From a virus (Duplodnaviria > Caudoviricetes), in the IMG/VR virus record IMGVR_UViG_3300012971_001434, positions 3,013 through 67,012 of that record: a stretch of 64,000 nt of DNA; one strand, written 5' to 3'. The translations under genes and the position numbers were made by a program. Positions within the stretch are counted from its first letter, which is position 1. Each line of letters opens with the position of its first letter. The notes beneath the pieces are model-generated. The model saw only the letters and a program-made list of their open reading frames with translations. It did not search any database and was not told the origin of the DNA. Shown here piece after piece: positions 1-8,747 of the stretch.

Positions 1-84
1 GGAATTTCTGGTGTGCTACCCTGAAGCAAAAGGCAGAGAGGTACCAAAACATCCCTGCACCATCGTTGTCAGGGAAGGGGGGCC

Positions 85-324
85 ATGGCTACGCCCGCAG
101 ACCCGTTTCTGGAGGAAATGGGCCGCCGGATGCGCACCAGGCGGGAGGCACTGCATTTGTTGTCCTATGAGGTTGCCAGGCGCATTGGGATGCCAGCGCC
201 GACCTATTCCAAGCTGGAAAGAGGGAGCAAGAAACTGATTCAGCCGCAGCAGTTGGCCCGACTGGCCTGCGTGTTAGAGACGACCGTCGATGCGCTCCTG
301 CCGCCCATGGCCGAGTGTCCGTAG
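85..324 (+). CDS. XRE-family HTH transcriptional regulator
   Basis: 79 aa; RMRTRREALHLLSYEVARRIGMPAPTYSKLERG...LARLACVLETTVDALL fits the Cro/CI HTH pattern; GGGGG SD upstream. Confidence 0.85.
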   Translation: MATPADPFLEEMGRRMRTRREALHLLSYEVARRIGMPAPTYSKLERGSKKLIQPQQLARLACVLETTVDALLPPMAECP

Positions 325-398
325 CCAGAGAGCGGGGCACGGCGTGAGGCAGGCCCCGCTCCCATCGTGCTGACCCGTGGACGGTGATCAGCCCTGCT

Positions 399-429
399 AG
401 TATAGCGCAGACCTGCGCTGAGGTGTCAA
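399..429 (-). promoter_or_regulatory. sigma70-like promoter with 19-bp spacer containing a dyad
   Basis: Minus strand TTGACA (429-424), 19 nt, TATACT (404-399); dyad AGCGCAG-AC-CTGCGCT at 404-419. Confidence 0.5.
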
Positions 430-433
430 GCTC

Positions 434-637
434 ATGCCCTGGTCCTTGGAGTTTACCGCGACCCATCTACGGGATTGTGTCGAACTCAGTGACGAGCCGG
501 ACCACCCCTTGCGCCTGCGCGTCGACGTCACCGATACCCAGTTAGAGGCGTTGCAGGCAGCCATCGACGCGGTCAGGCGCCAGCGCCAGCAGACGCATGA
601 TATCGCCTATGCGCGCAGGCAGAGGCGGACACTATGA
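434..637 (+). CDS. hypothetical protein
   Basis: 67 aa; stop overlaps traF start (ATGA). Confidence 0.6.
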   Translation: MPWSLEFTATHLRDCVELSDEPDHPLRLRVDVTDTQLEALQAAIDAVRRQRQQTHDIAYARRQRRTL

Positions 638-1116
638 CGCTGCCGCGCCCCAACCTGAGTAGCCTCGTGCTTGCTGGCCTCGTCCTCGCCGCGCTGGTGA
701 GCACGCGCTGGATCCGCCTCAATATGTCGCAGTCAGCCCCTGGAGGCTTCTACTGGCTTCAGCCGGTCGAGGTGCCCCTGATGCGGGACACCCTCGTGGT
801 GCTGCCAGTGCCCGCGAGCGTGCAGCCCTGGCTCAGCCGCTGGACCAAGCTCTTGAAGCCGGTAGCGGGAGTGCCTGGGGATAGCGTGTGCATCGCCGAG
901 CATCACCTGTTTGTCAATGGCTGGTGGCATGGACAAGTGCTGGAGGAAGCGCACGGGAAAGCGTTGCCCCAGTTGCCGGAGGGCTGTCAGACGGTGCCGG
1001 AGGGCCATGTCTTCCTGGCGACGCCGTTTTCACGCAGCGTAGACGGGAGATACTTCGGGATGACCCCCGTTGCCGATCTCACGGCGGAAGCGAAACCCTT
1101 ACTGATTTGGAGGTGA
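634..1116 (+). CDS. traF: S26-family conjugative pilin-processing peptidase (TraF)
   Basis: N-terminal TM; NMSQSAPGGFY, LLKPVAGVPGDSVC and SVDGRYFG motifs. Confidence 0.9.
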   Translation: MTLPRPNLSSLVLAGLVLAALVSTRWIRLNMSQSAPGGFYWLQPVEVPLMRDTLVVLPVPASVQPWLSRWTKLLKPVAGVPGDSVCIAEHHLFVNGWWHGQVLEEAHGKALPQLPEGCQTVPEGHVFLATPFSRSVDGRYFGMTPVADLTAEAKPLLIWR

Positions 1117-1119
1117 TCC

Positions 1120-1458
1120 GTGGCGAGCGTCGACAGGTTTACCCGGTTCAAAATCCTCAGAGCCCTGTGGGCGCGGGCCAAGAACCTCCTCGCCTGGATC
1201 TATGGCCCCCGCGAGCGTGACGAACGCCTGCGCATGCAGCGCTGGATCACCATCAACGTGGCCGAGCGCCACCTCCGCGACGGCATGATCCGGGGCACGG
1301 GTGATCCCGATAGCTCCCTCCCACCGCTGGCGCCCACGCCACGCCAGCAGCAGAGTGACGCCGCCTGGCGGGCGCAGTGGGAGGCGCAGCGCGCCTGGTT
1401 TGAGGCGCACCAGCGCCAGAACCAGAGCCGAGGAGGGCAGCCATGGCCGAGGACGTAA
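1120..1458 (+). CDS. hypothetical protein
   Basis: 112 aa, GTG start after GGAGG, in operon orientation. Confidence 0.6.
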   Translation: MASVDRFTRFKILRALWARAKNLLAWIYGPRERDERLRMQRWITINVAERHLRDGMIRGTGDPDSSLPPLAPTPRQQQSDAAWRAQWEAQRAWFEAHQRQNQSRGGQPWPRT

Positions 1459-1730
1459 TCCGCGAGATGCTGGCCCTGCATGGGCGCCTGGACGCCCTCA
1501 GACACGAGCAGCAGCACCATATCCAGTTCGAGGCGGCGTATGCGGGTAGGAATCCGGCGGTGCTGGACCGGTACGAGGACTTCTATACGGGCCTCGACGA
1601 TATGCAGGATGATCGCAGCGAGTTTGCCGGGGCTATCGAGCTGGCCGAGTTGCATGACCGGATGAACGAGCTTGCGCAGGCACGGGTGGAGGAGCAGCAG
1701 CGGGACCATGAGCAAGGCATGGGCTATTAG
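1443..1730 (+). CDS. hypothetical acidic helical protein
   Basis: 95 aa; GGAGG SD; C-terminus EQQRDHEQGMGY resembles relaxase-type tails. Confidence 0.65.
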   Translation: MAEDVIREMLALHGRLDALRHEQQHHIQFEAAYAGRNPAVLDRYEDFYTGLDDMQDDRSEFAGAIELAELHDRMNELAQARVEEQQRDHEQGMGY

Positions 1731-1761
1731 GGTGGCAGAAGAGCGCGAGGACAAAGGCGCG

Positions 1762-2019
1762 ATGGCGTTTACGATCATTCTCCAGAAGCTGGTCATCCTG
1801 GAGCGGGCCATGCAGGCGATCCCGCCATTGCTGAAGAAGATCGTCGATCACCTGGAAGCCCAAGGGCAGCAGCCGGGCGTGGACGTGGCGCGTTATGAGG
1901 TCCTCTATCCCGCGATCACGGCAGATGAGACACCGACGCCGCCAGACGTGCGGGCCGCCGATCCGTTGCCCACGCGGCCACCCCGGCGCTGGTGGCGCTG
2001 GTTTGTGAAGGAAGGCTAA
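1762..2019 (+). CDS. hypothetical protein
   Basis: Likely start MAFTIILQK at 1762 after GAGGA. Confidence 0.55.
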   Translation: MAFTIILQKLVILERAMQAIPPLLKKIVDHLEAQGQQPGVDVARYEVLYPAITADETPTPPDVRAADPLPTRPPRRWWRWFVKEG

Positions 2020-2024
2020 CCGGC

Positions 2025-2168
2025 ATGGTGTACTGGCAGTTTCTGCTCGCCGTGGGGCAGTGGGCGCAGGAGCATTCCGCCCTGATGCTCGCCTGCTGGG
2101 GCACCGTCGTCGTGGTGCTGGGGGGACGAGAGGTGCTCCGCATGATCGCGCGAAGGGGACGGTCGTGA
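2025..2168 (+). CDS. small membrane protein (47 aa)
   Basis: Translated by hand: MVYWQFLLAVGQWAQEHSALMLACWGTVVVVLGGREVLRMIARRGRS; stop overlaps virD4 GTG. Confidence 0.5.
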   Translation: MVYWQFLLAVGQWAQEHSALMLACWGTVVVVLGGREVLRMIARRGRS

Positions 2169-3658
2169 CGCTGTTCGAGGGTCTCGTAGCCTTAGGCCAC
2201 TGGGGCCAGCAGCATCCCCGCCTGATCTGGGGGACGCTGGCCGGTGGCTTCCTCCTGGGGGGAGGGCTGCGCCTGGTGACGGGGGGCCATCGGCGCCGTC
2301 GCACGATGCATGGATCGGCGAGGTGGGCAACCTACGGCGAGGTCAAGCGCAGTGGTCTGTCACGGACGCATGGTGTGGTGGTGGGGGAGATGCAGATGCA
2401 GACCTTCTACGATAATGGCGCGAAGCATGTCTTTCTGTGCGGCCCTACGCGGTCAACGAAAGGTGTCTGCCATATCCAGCCCACCCTCCGGACGGGATGG
2501 CGCCAGAGTGCGCTCATCCTCGATCCCAAGCGCGGCGAAAACTACGACCTGACGCACGAGGCCAGAAGGCAGGGGGGGCGTGTCGAGGCCTTCACCCCGT
2601 ATCAGTTGCCCCAGGCGCGGCTCAATGTGATGGACACCATCCGTCTCAAGACGCTTGATGAACACGGCGATGCCCTGACGATTGCCCAGAGCCTGGTGGC
2701 CCCCTATAAGATGATCGCCGAGAACGCCACCAGCCTGCACTTCCGGGAACTGGCGTCCCTGCTCCTCACCGCCGCGCTGCTGCATGTGAGCTACACGGCC
2801 CCGCGTCGCTCGCTGGCCGCCGTCTGGCACTTCCTCACGCAACAGCACCGCACCCTGGGCGAGTGCCTGAAGACGATGCGCACAACGCCGCAGACCCCGC
2901 ATGGGGTGCATCCGACGATTGCCCAGTTCACCGCCGCCATCCAGAACATCACGGGCGATCGGGAACTGAGCAGTGTCTGGAGCACGGTCGTGCGCCCACT
3001 CTCGCTGTACGCAGACCCGCTCATTGCCGCCAGCACGGACACCTCGACGCTGGCCTTGGGCGATCTCCAGCATGGCACGGAGCCGCTGTCCCTGTACCTG
3101 CTGGCGCCCTCGCCCCGTGCGCTGGAGCGCCTGCACCCGGTCTACCGCGTCATCGTCGATGTGGCCATGGCCCGGCTCACCGATCGCCCGGTCAGCGCCA
3201 GCGCGAGGCGGTTGCTGGTCTGTGCCGAGGAGTTACCGGCGTACGGGTATATGCACAGCCTGAACAAGGGGGCGAGTGATATGGCCGGGTACGGCATCAA
3301 GGGGTTCTACGTGGTGCAGGACCTTGATCAGTTCGAAGATGTCTACGGCAAGCAAAATAGCATCTGGGGCAATACGGAGACGAAGATCTTCCATGCCCCC
3401 GATAACGAACGCACGGCCGAGCGCGTCAGCCGCTACATCCTAGGGGCGGCGACGGTGGAGAATCCTGTCGCCTCGCGGCAGGGGTTCCTCAGGGATGGCT
3501 CGGTGTCCTATCAGCATGTGGAGCGCCCGCTCCTGACCACGGACGAGGTCCAGGCGCTCGACCCGGCCCAGATGATCGTACGGCGCACTGGAGCCAAGCC
3601 GATGTTGTTGTACAAGGTGGGATATGACCCGAAGAAGCGAAAGGAGGCGGCGGCGTAA
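2165..3658 (+). CDS. virD4: type IV coupling protein VirD4/TraG with variant Walker motifs
   Basis: HGSARWAT, GPTRSTKGV, LILDPKRGENY, YGIKGFYVVQDLDQFEDVYG, RPLLTTDEV; likely GTG start at 2165. Confidence 0.92.
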   Translation: MTLFEGLVALGHWGQQHPRLIWGTLAGGFLLGGGLRLVTGGHRRRRTMHGSARWATYGEVKRSGLSRTHGVVVGEMQMQTFYDNGAKHVFLCGPTRSTKGVCHIQPTLRTGWRQSALILDPKRGENYDLTHEARRQGGRVEAFTPYQLPQARLNVMDTIRLKTLDEHGDALTIAQSLVAPYKMIAENATSLHFRELASLLLTAALLHVSYTAPRRSLAAVWHFLTQQHRTLGECLKTMRTTPQTPHGVHPTIAQFTAAIQNITGDRELSSVWSTVVRPLSLYADPLIAASTDTSTLALGDLQHGTEPLSLYLLAPSPRALERLHPVYRVIVDVAMARLTDRPVSASARRLLVCAEELPAYGYMHSLNKGASDMAGYGIKGFYVVQDLDQFEDVYGKQNSIWGNTETKIFHAPDNERTAERVSRYILGAATVENPVASRQGFLRDGSVSYQHVERPLLTTDEVQALDPAQMIVRRTGAKPMLLYKVGYDPKKRKEAAA

Positions 3659-3874
3659 ATGTGGGACTTGATCTATATCGACATTGGCGTACTCGTCGTG
3701 CCAGTGCTGCTGGCGCTCCCGATATTCGCCCTCGTCCTGCTCGGGCGTGGGGCCTGGGAACTCTGGCAGTATGGGCGGCGGCGCGGACACATGCAGCACG
3801 CGAGGAAACAGCGATGCGGAACATACTGCGGAAAGCAACAACAGCGGGCATACCCCTGGCAGGCTATGCCCTGA
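3659..3874 (+). CDS. possible small membrane protein
   Basis: 71 aa with one hydrophobic segment; overlaps the pilin start by about 60 nt. Confidence 0.35.
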   Translation: MWDLIYIDIGVLVVPVLLALPIFALVLLGRGAWELWQYGRRRGHMQHARKQRCGTYCGKQQQRAYPWQAMP

Positions 3875-4140
3875 TCTACGGCGTGAGGTCGGCGGCAGCG
3901 GGCGGCTTCGGCATTGCCGGCCTGGATGCCTTTCTCACGACATTTGCGACTGGCGTGACCGGGATGGGGATCCTCATTGGCGGGGTGGGCCTGGCCGGGT
4001 ACATTGGGTCGCAGATGGACAACCCGTTCAGTACAATACTTGCTGGCTCCATAAATTTTTTTACTAAGGCAGGTATTTTGGGCGGTGGGACGGCCATGCT
4101 CGGGACGCTCGGCCTGGTGGCAGGAGGGACGCTCTATTGA
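3814..4140 (+). CDS. trbC: TrbC/VirB2 pilin precursor
   Basis: ATG 3814 after GAGGA; signal peptide ending SAAA; two Gly/Ala-rich hydrophobic helices; directly upstream of trbD. Confidence 0.8.
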   Translation: MRNILRKATTAGIPLAGYALIYGVRSAAAGGFGIAGLDAFLTTFATGVTGMGILIGGVGLAGYIGSQMDNPFSTILAGSINFFTKAGILGGGTAMLGTLGLVAGGTLY

Positions 4141-4590
4141 CGTCCTCCGCCAGCCAAGGCAGGCGGATTCCCTAGGTTGGCCCTCAACGCCCTGAGGGGG
4201 GTCCTGTGCTGTGACCCTTACTTACTCTTGGCCCAGGACGCGAACGTCCCTACCAAGGGCGACAACGGCAGCGTCAGCCGTTGCAAGAGGCATCTGATGT
4301 GTGTCGTATAGAGGATAGCCAGCGATATGCTGAAACAACTACCCCACGACGCAGTACCTCGTATGATGCGAGCTTTGCGGTACAACTTTTACGCTGATCC
4401 CTACGATCAGCAACCCCGCGAAGTCGTATTAGAAAGAGCAGACATACTGCACAAAATTATATCAAATGAGTGTAGTTTTGTCTATACACACTGCGTTAGA
4501 GAAATGACGCTGCGCGTTAGGGAATTGCTGCGATGCAGCAACCTTTCATTCCCCTGTCAGCTCAAGCAGACAGCCCCCTGAAAGGAGACG
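4137..4590 (+). ncRNA. structured element, copy 1 (unknown cis-regulatory RNA or ssDNA element)
   Basis: Homologous to 4920-5360 with compensatory changes in at least 5 hairpins. Confidence 0.65.
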
Positions 4591-4593
4591 AAA

Positions 4594-4893
4594 TTGGCGG
4601 AACAGGGGTCGCTCATCCACGGCTTCCAGGTGCCCATCTTGCGCGGCGTCTGGGAGCGCATTATCACGTTCGGTGCCCCGCGCATCTACGCCCGTACCTG
4701 GGCCTGTCTGTGGCTGTTCATCGGGCTGATTCTGCTGACGTACTGGGGGTTTAGGTGGTTAGCCGTGCCGTTCCTGGGATGGCTCCTCGGGCAGGGCGTG
4801 CTCGTGCTGCTCACGCAGTGGAACCCTAGATGGGACGACATGATGTATGCACAGATGAATCAGCGCTATAAGGCGCGTTACTCGGCGGGATAA
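4594..4893 (+). CDS. trbD: TrbD/VirB3
   Basis: TTG start after AAGGAG; GFQVPILRGVWERIITFGAPR, two TMs, WNPRWDD. Confidence 0.85.
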   Translation: MAEQGSLIHGFQVPILRGVWERIITFGAPRIYARTWACLWLFIGLILLTYWGFRWLAVPFLGWLLGQGVLVLLTQWNPRWDDMMYAQMNQRYKARYSAG

Positions 4894-4919
4894 AGCGTGC
4901 GCTTGGACACACTGGATAC

Positions 4920-5360
4920 TTGACGTCCTCTGCCCCGTAAACGAGGCAGATTCCCTACGTTGGCCCTCAACGTCCTGAGGGGAGACCTATGCAGTGTCTC
5001 TTACTTACTCGCGCTTCTCATCGCACGAGCGACCGTGCCTGCATCAAGCACGGGAAGAAGTCTCTTGGTGCATCCGTATGGGGCAGCCAGCACCAGGCTG
5101 TAGGTCAACTGCCGCGCGATGCAGACTTCATGTACGCGCTACGTTACGGTAGAGCTTTTACGGCTGTCCCTGTGACAGCCAACCGCCTAACTCTATTAGA
5201 AAGAGCAAGTACAACAGCATGAGTATATCAAACAAGTACAGTTTTGTCTATACGCAGTGTGTCAGGGAAATGACGCTCCGCGTTACGGAATTGCCGCGTT
5301 GCGGCAACCTTGCTTTCCCCTGTCTCCTTGAGGAGACAGGGGAAAGCAAGGAACTTTTGT
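4920..5360 (+). ncRNA. structured element, copy 2
   Basis: Homologous to 4137-4590; ends in a perfect 20-bp hairpin. Confidence 0.65.
5308..5360 (+). terminator. possible intrinsic terminator or attenuator
   Basis: CCTTGCTTTCCCCTGTCTCC-TTGA-GGAGACAGGGGAAAGCAAGG followed by AACTTTTGT. Confidence 0.5.
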
Positions 5361-5471
5361 GGAGAGGGGAGCGCTGGCCTTTCGGGGTGCAACTGCCCTC
5401 GGTGCAGCAGGAACGAGCACGATTGAGCACAAGGATCACGTGTGCACACAATCTAGAAAGCAGGCCGTGCC

Positions 5472-5948
5472 GTGGCTGAGGTCGAGCAGGTCATCCTCCG
5501 CTGTCAGCAGTGCCACGAGCCCGTCCGCGTCCCCCTCTTTCCCCTGATCAATCACGGGGAACGGGCCTGCGCCTGTACCTTCGTCGGCGGCACGGATCCC
5601 TGGCCCGACTGGTGGCAGGCGGAACGCGTGCAGGACGAAGGCGCCGGGGGCGAGGCGGCGCCAAGGAGAGAAGCCGTGGAAACGATTTGGAAATATCCGG
5701 TCCCCATCGCCGACACGTTCACGCTGGAGTTAGCGCCGGGGGCCCGACCGCTCAGTGTGCAGTGTCAGGACGGCGCCCCCTTTCTCTGGGTGCTCCTTGA
5801 TCCCAGTCTGGGGCCTGAGCCCCGACATTTTCACCTGCTCGGCACGGGCCACCCCCGTGGCGCACGCTCCCTGGGGACGTTTCTGGGGACGTTCCAGCTT
5901 GCTGGCGGCACCCTCGTGTTTCACCTCTTTGCTGAGGATGCGTCCTGA
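5472..5948 (+). CDS. phage-type hypothetical protein inserted in the trb operon
   Basis: CxxC..CxC N-terminus; C-terminal TIWKYP..GTGH..GTFQL.GG.LVFHLF motif seen in uncharacterised phage proteins; stop overlaps trbE ATG. Confidence 0.7.
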   Translation: MAEVEQVILRCQQCHEPVRVPLFPLINHGERACACTFVGGTDPWPDWWQAERVQDEGAGGEAAPRREAVETIWKYPVPIADTFTLELAPGARPLSVQCQDGAPFLWVLLDPSLGPEPRHFHLLGTGHPRGARSLGTFLGTFQLAGGTLVFHLFAEDAS

Positions 5949-8503
5949 TGCCGGTCTTCGCTGAGTACGTCCGCCCCAAGCCTGCGCCGGATCGTGTCAG
6001 TGACAAAATGCCCTGGCGAGCCGTGATTGCGCCCGGCGTGGTGCTCCAGAAGGACCGCTGGCAGACGCTGCAACGCACCTATGCCGTGCGCGGCCCCGAT
6101 GTCATGGGGCTGGCGCGCGAGGTGCAGGGGGCCCTCATCATGCAGGCCAACACGGTGCTCAAGAAGTTTGGGGGCAAGTGGATGCTCCACTCCGAAGCCC
6201 AGCGCGTGCGCGTCACCGACCTGCCGCCGCTGCCCGAGGAGACCCCGCTGCTCGTGCGGCTCCTCGACGCCGACCACCGCGCCCGGCTGCTGGCCCATCC
6301 CGGTATCCGCGAGACGACGTACTATCTGACGCTTTCCTGGACGCCGCCGCCGCCGAGCATGCAGCGCTGGGGGGGCTGGTTCGTGCGCGGGCCAGGGAGC
6401 CCGGCGCGACCGACCCACGGCCTGGGCACCGTGGTGCGGGATTTTCTGGACCAGGCCGATTACTTCATGGACTTGCTCAAAGGCGTGCTGGCGGAATGCC
6501 GCCCCACCACCACACCGGAGACGCTGACGTATCTCCATAGCTGCGTGTCAGATCGCTGGTATAAGATCGGGCTGCTGGCGTCCCTCATGGATATCGATCA
6601 CCAGCTCTGTGACACCGCCCTCGACCCGGCCGGCTGGTATCCGCAACTGGGGCGCTGGCATATCCGCGTCTGTTCGGTCAATGGCTACCCGCGTCAGTCC
6701 GTCGTCGGCATCATGCGCGACCTGGAAGCGTTACCGCTGGACTTTCGCTGGTGCACCCGCTGGCTGGGGCTCGAGCGCCATGTCCAGGACGGCATCTTGC
6801 GCAAAGCCCAGGGCGCCTGGGTGCACGAGGAAAAAGGTCTCAGTGATCGCCTGAGTGAGAACTTGAGCCATGAAGCCACTCGCGTGCTCAACCGCGACGC
6901 GACCAACAAAGCGGAGGATGTGGACATCGCCCGGCAGGAGATCGGCGCGGACCTGCTCGCCTATGGGCAGTTCACCAGTACCGTGACCGTCTGGGACGAA
7001 GACCCGGAGCGGGCCGATGAGAAGCGCCGCCTGGTGATGCAGGCCTTTGCCACGCGGGAAATTGCCACGGTGGAAGAAGGCGCCCACCTCGTGGCGGCCT
7101 GGTTTTCGAGCCATCCCGGCAACCGCGTCGACAACGTCAACCAGACCCACCAATCGTCGCTGACGCTGGCGCACTTCTGCCCCGGCCTGACGGCCGCCTG
7201 GCGCGGACCCGAGCGGGACACCTACCTCCAGGGGGGCCCCTGGTGCTATGTGCAGACGGAAGGCCACACGCTCTTTCGCATCGTCAATCATCTCAGAGAC
7301 TTAGGGCATTTTCTCGTGCTCGGGGCCACCGGGGCCGGCAAGAGCACGCTGGGGAACTGGCTGCGCGCCATGTGGCTGCAATACCCCTCCTCCCAGGCCA
7401 AACTGTTTGACATTGATGGGCATGGCCGGCTGCTCACCCTCCTGCTCGGCGGGAGTTGGTTTGACCTGGGGGGCCCGACGGCTCGCTTTCAGCCCTTGCG
7501 CCACATCGACGACCCGCTCCGGCGTGGCATCGCCATCCAGTGGCTCCTCGACCTGATGGAGGAGTACCACGTGCCGGTGACGGCCACCGTGCAGGCGCAC
7601 ATTGGCGGCAACATCCTCAAGCTGCTGCGCTATCCCCACGGAGGACGCACGCTCAGTACCCTGCTCACGCTGATGGCCGACGGGGCCCGGGAGACGGAAC
7701 TCAAAGCCAAGGCTGGTCGCATCGATGCCCAGGGGATCAGTCACCCCGATACGGACCTGCGTGCCCTCGTGAAGGAGTGGCAGGAGGTGCGCTGGGTCCT
7801 GCAACGCTTTGCGGATGGCGGGGAGTATGACGGGCTCTTTGACGGCACGGAGGATGATTTTGACGACAACCCGATCCAGACCTTTGAGCTGCGCGACCTG
7901 CTGCAGCGCCCCCGCCTACTCGGCCCGATCCTGCGCTACGTGTTCCCGCAGATTGAGCTGCAGATGACGACGGACCACCCCATGCTGTTCCTGTTTGACG
8001 ATGTGGCTATTCCGTGGGAAATCCCGAAGATCCGGCAAGACTCGAAGGACTGGCTGCGCACCACGCGCAAGAAATCGGTGAGCCTGGGCTTCATGACCCA
8101 TAGCCTCGCGGACATCTTTGGGGCGGAGGAGGGACGGATGAGCGACATGGGACCGATGCTGGTTGAGTCGTGCCCTGTCAGGTTCTATTTGGCCAATCCT
8201 GAAGCAGCCAAGCCGACCATCCGGGCCATCTACCGGCGCATTGGCCTGGAAGATACCGCCATTGACCAGGTGGCGATCATGCGGCCCCAGCGTGACGCCT
8301 ATTACGAGCTGCGGGAAGTGGGGCAGCGGCCCTTCTCGCTGGCGTTCAGCCGCTTCATCCTGGATTGCATTGCTAGGAATACCGCGGAAGACCATCGGCT
8401 CATGGATGAGATACTGGGGAAGGAGGGCCGGGAAGGCTTTGCCGCCGCCTGGCTGCGTCATCATAACTATGAGGACATCCTGCATGCACACCAGATCTTC
8501 TGA
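5948..8503 (+). CDS. trbE: TrbE/VirB4 ATPase
   Basis: 851 aa; GHFLVLGATGAGKST Walker A; LFLFDD Walker B; RKKSVSLGFMTHSL; ESCPVRFYLANPEA. Confidence 0.95.
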   Translation: MPVFAEYVRPKPAPDRVSDKMPWRAVIAPGVVLQKDRWQTLQRTYAVRGPDVMGLAREVQGALIMQANTVLKKFGGKWMLHSEAQRVRVTDLPPLPEETPLLVRLLDADHRARLLAHPGIRETTYYLTLSWTPPPPSMQRWGGWFVRGPGSPARPTHGLGTVVRDFLDQADYFMDLLKGVLAECRPTTTPETLTYLHSCVSDRWYKIGLLASLMDIDHQLCDTALDPAGWYPQLGRWHIRVCSVNGYPRQSVVGIMRDLEALPLDFRWCTRWLGLERHVQDGILRKAQGAWVHEEKGLSDRLSENLSHEATRVLNRDATNKAEDVDIARQEIGADLLAYGQFTSTVTVWDEDPERADEKRRLVMQAFATREIATVEEGAHLVAAWFSSHPGNRVDNVNQTHQSSLTLAHFCPGLTAAWRGPERDTYLQGGPWCYVQTEGHTLFRIVNHLRDLGHFLVLGATGAGKSTLGNWLRAMWLQYPSSQAKLFDIDGHGRLLTLLLGGSWFDLGGPTARFQPLRHIDDPLRRGIAIQWLLDLMEEYHVPVTATVQAHIGGNILKLLRYPHGGRTLSTLLTLMADGARETELKAKAGRIDAQGISHPDTDLRALVKEWQEVRWVLQRFADGGEYDGLFDGTEDDFDDNPIQTFELRDLLQRPRLLGPILRYVFPQIELQMTTDHPMLFLFDDVAIPWEIPKIRQDSKDWLRTTRKKSVSLGFMTHSLADIFGAEEGRMSDMGPMLVESCPVRFYLANPEAAKPTIRAIYRRIGLEDTAIDQVAIMRPQRDAYYELREVGQRPFSLAFSRFILDCIARNTAEDHRLMDEILGKEGREGFAAAWLRHHNYEDILHAHQIF

Positions 8504-8747
8504 TCCCCTCGTCGCTCTGTGGCACGATACCACCCGAGCGCTGCACTGGCGCTCGTGGTGTCCTCTGCCCTCCCACGAGCAGGCGGTCATGCGCCTGATC
8601 CTTTGCCGGGAGTTGCAGGAGTTGGATCATGATCCGGCATGGTCGAAATCGCCGTGGGCATGGAGACATACACATTGGCAACTGCTTGAATTGAAAGCCT
8701 GTGCGGGGCACAGCGTGTGGGAGGGCGCGCGTGGAGACGAAGCATGA
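8484..8747 (+). CDS. hypothetical protein (87 aa)
   Basis: ATG 8484 after GAGGA; fills the trbE-trbF gap. Confidence 0.5.
   Translation: MHTRSSDPLVALWHDTTRALHWRSWCPLPSHEQAVMRLILCRELQELDHDPAWSKSPWAWRHTHWQLLELKACAGHSVWEGARGDEA

Noticed and set aside
4137-5360. Known riboswitch, group I/II intron, T-box or ribozyme identity for the twin elements
   Set aside because: I could not find the c-di-GMP, TPP, cobalamin, T-box, domain V, P7 or hammerhead core consensus by eye; left as unknown pending an Rfam search.
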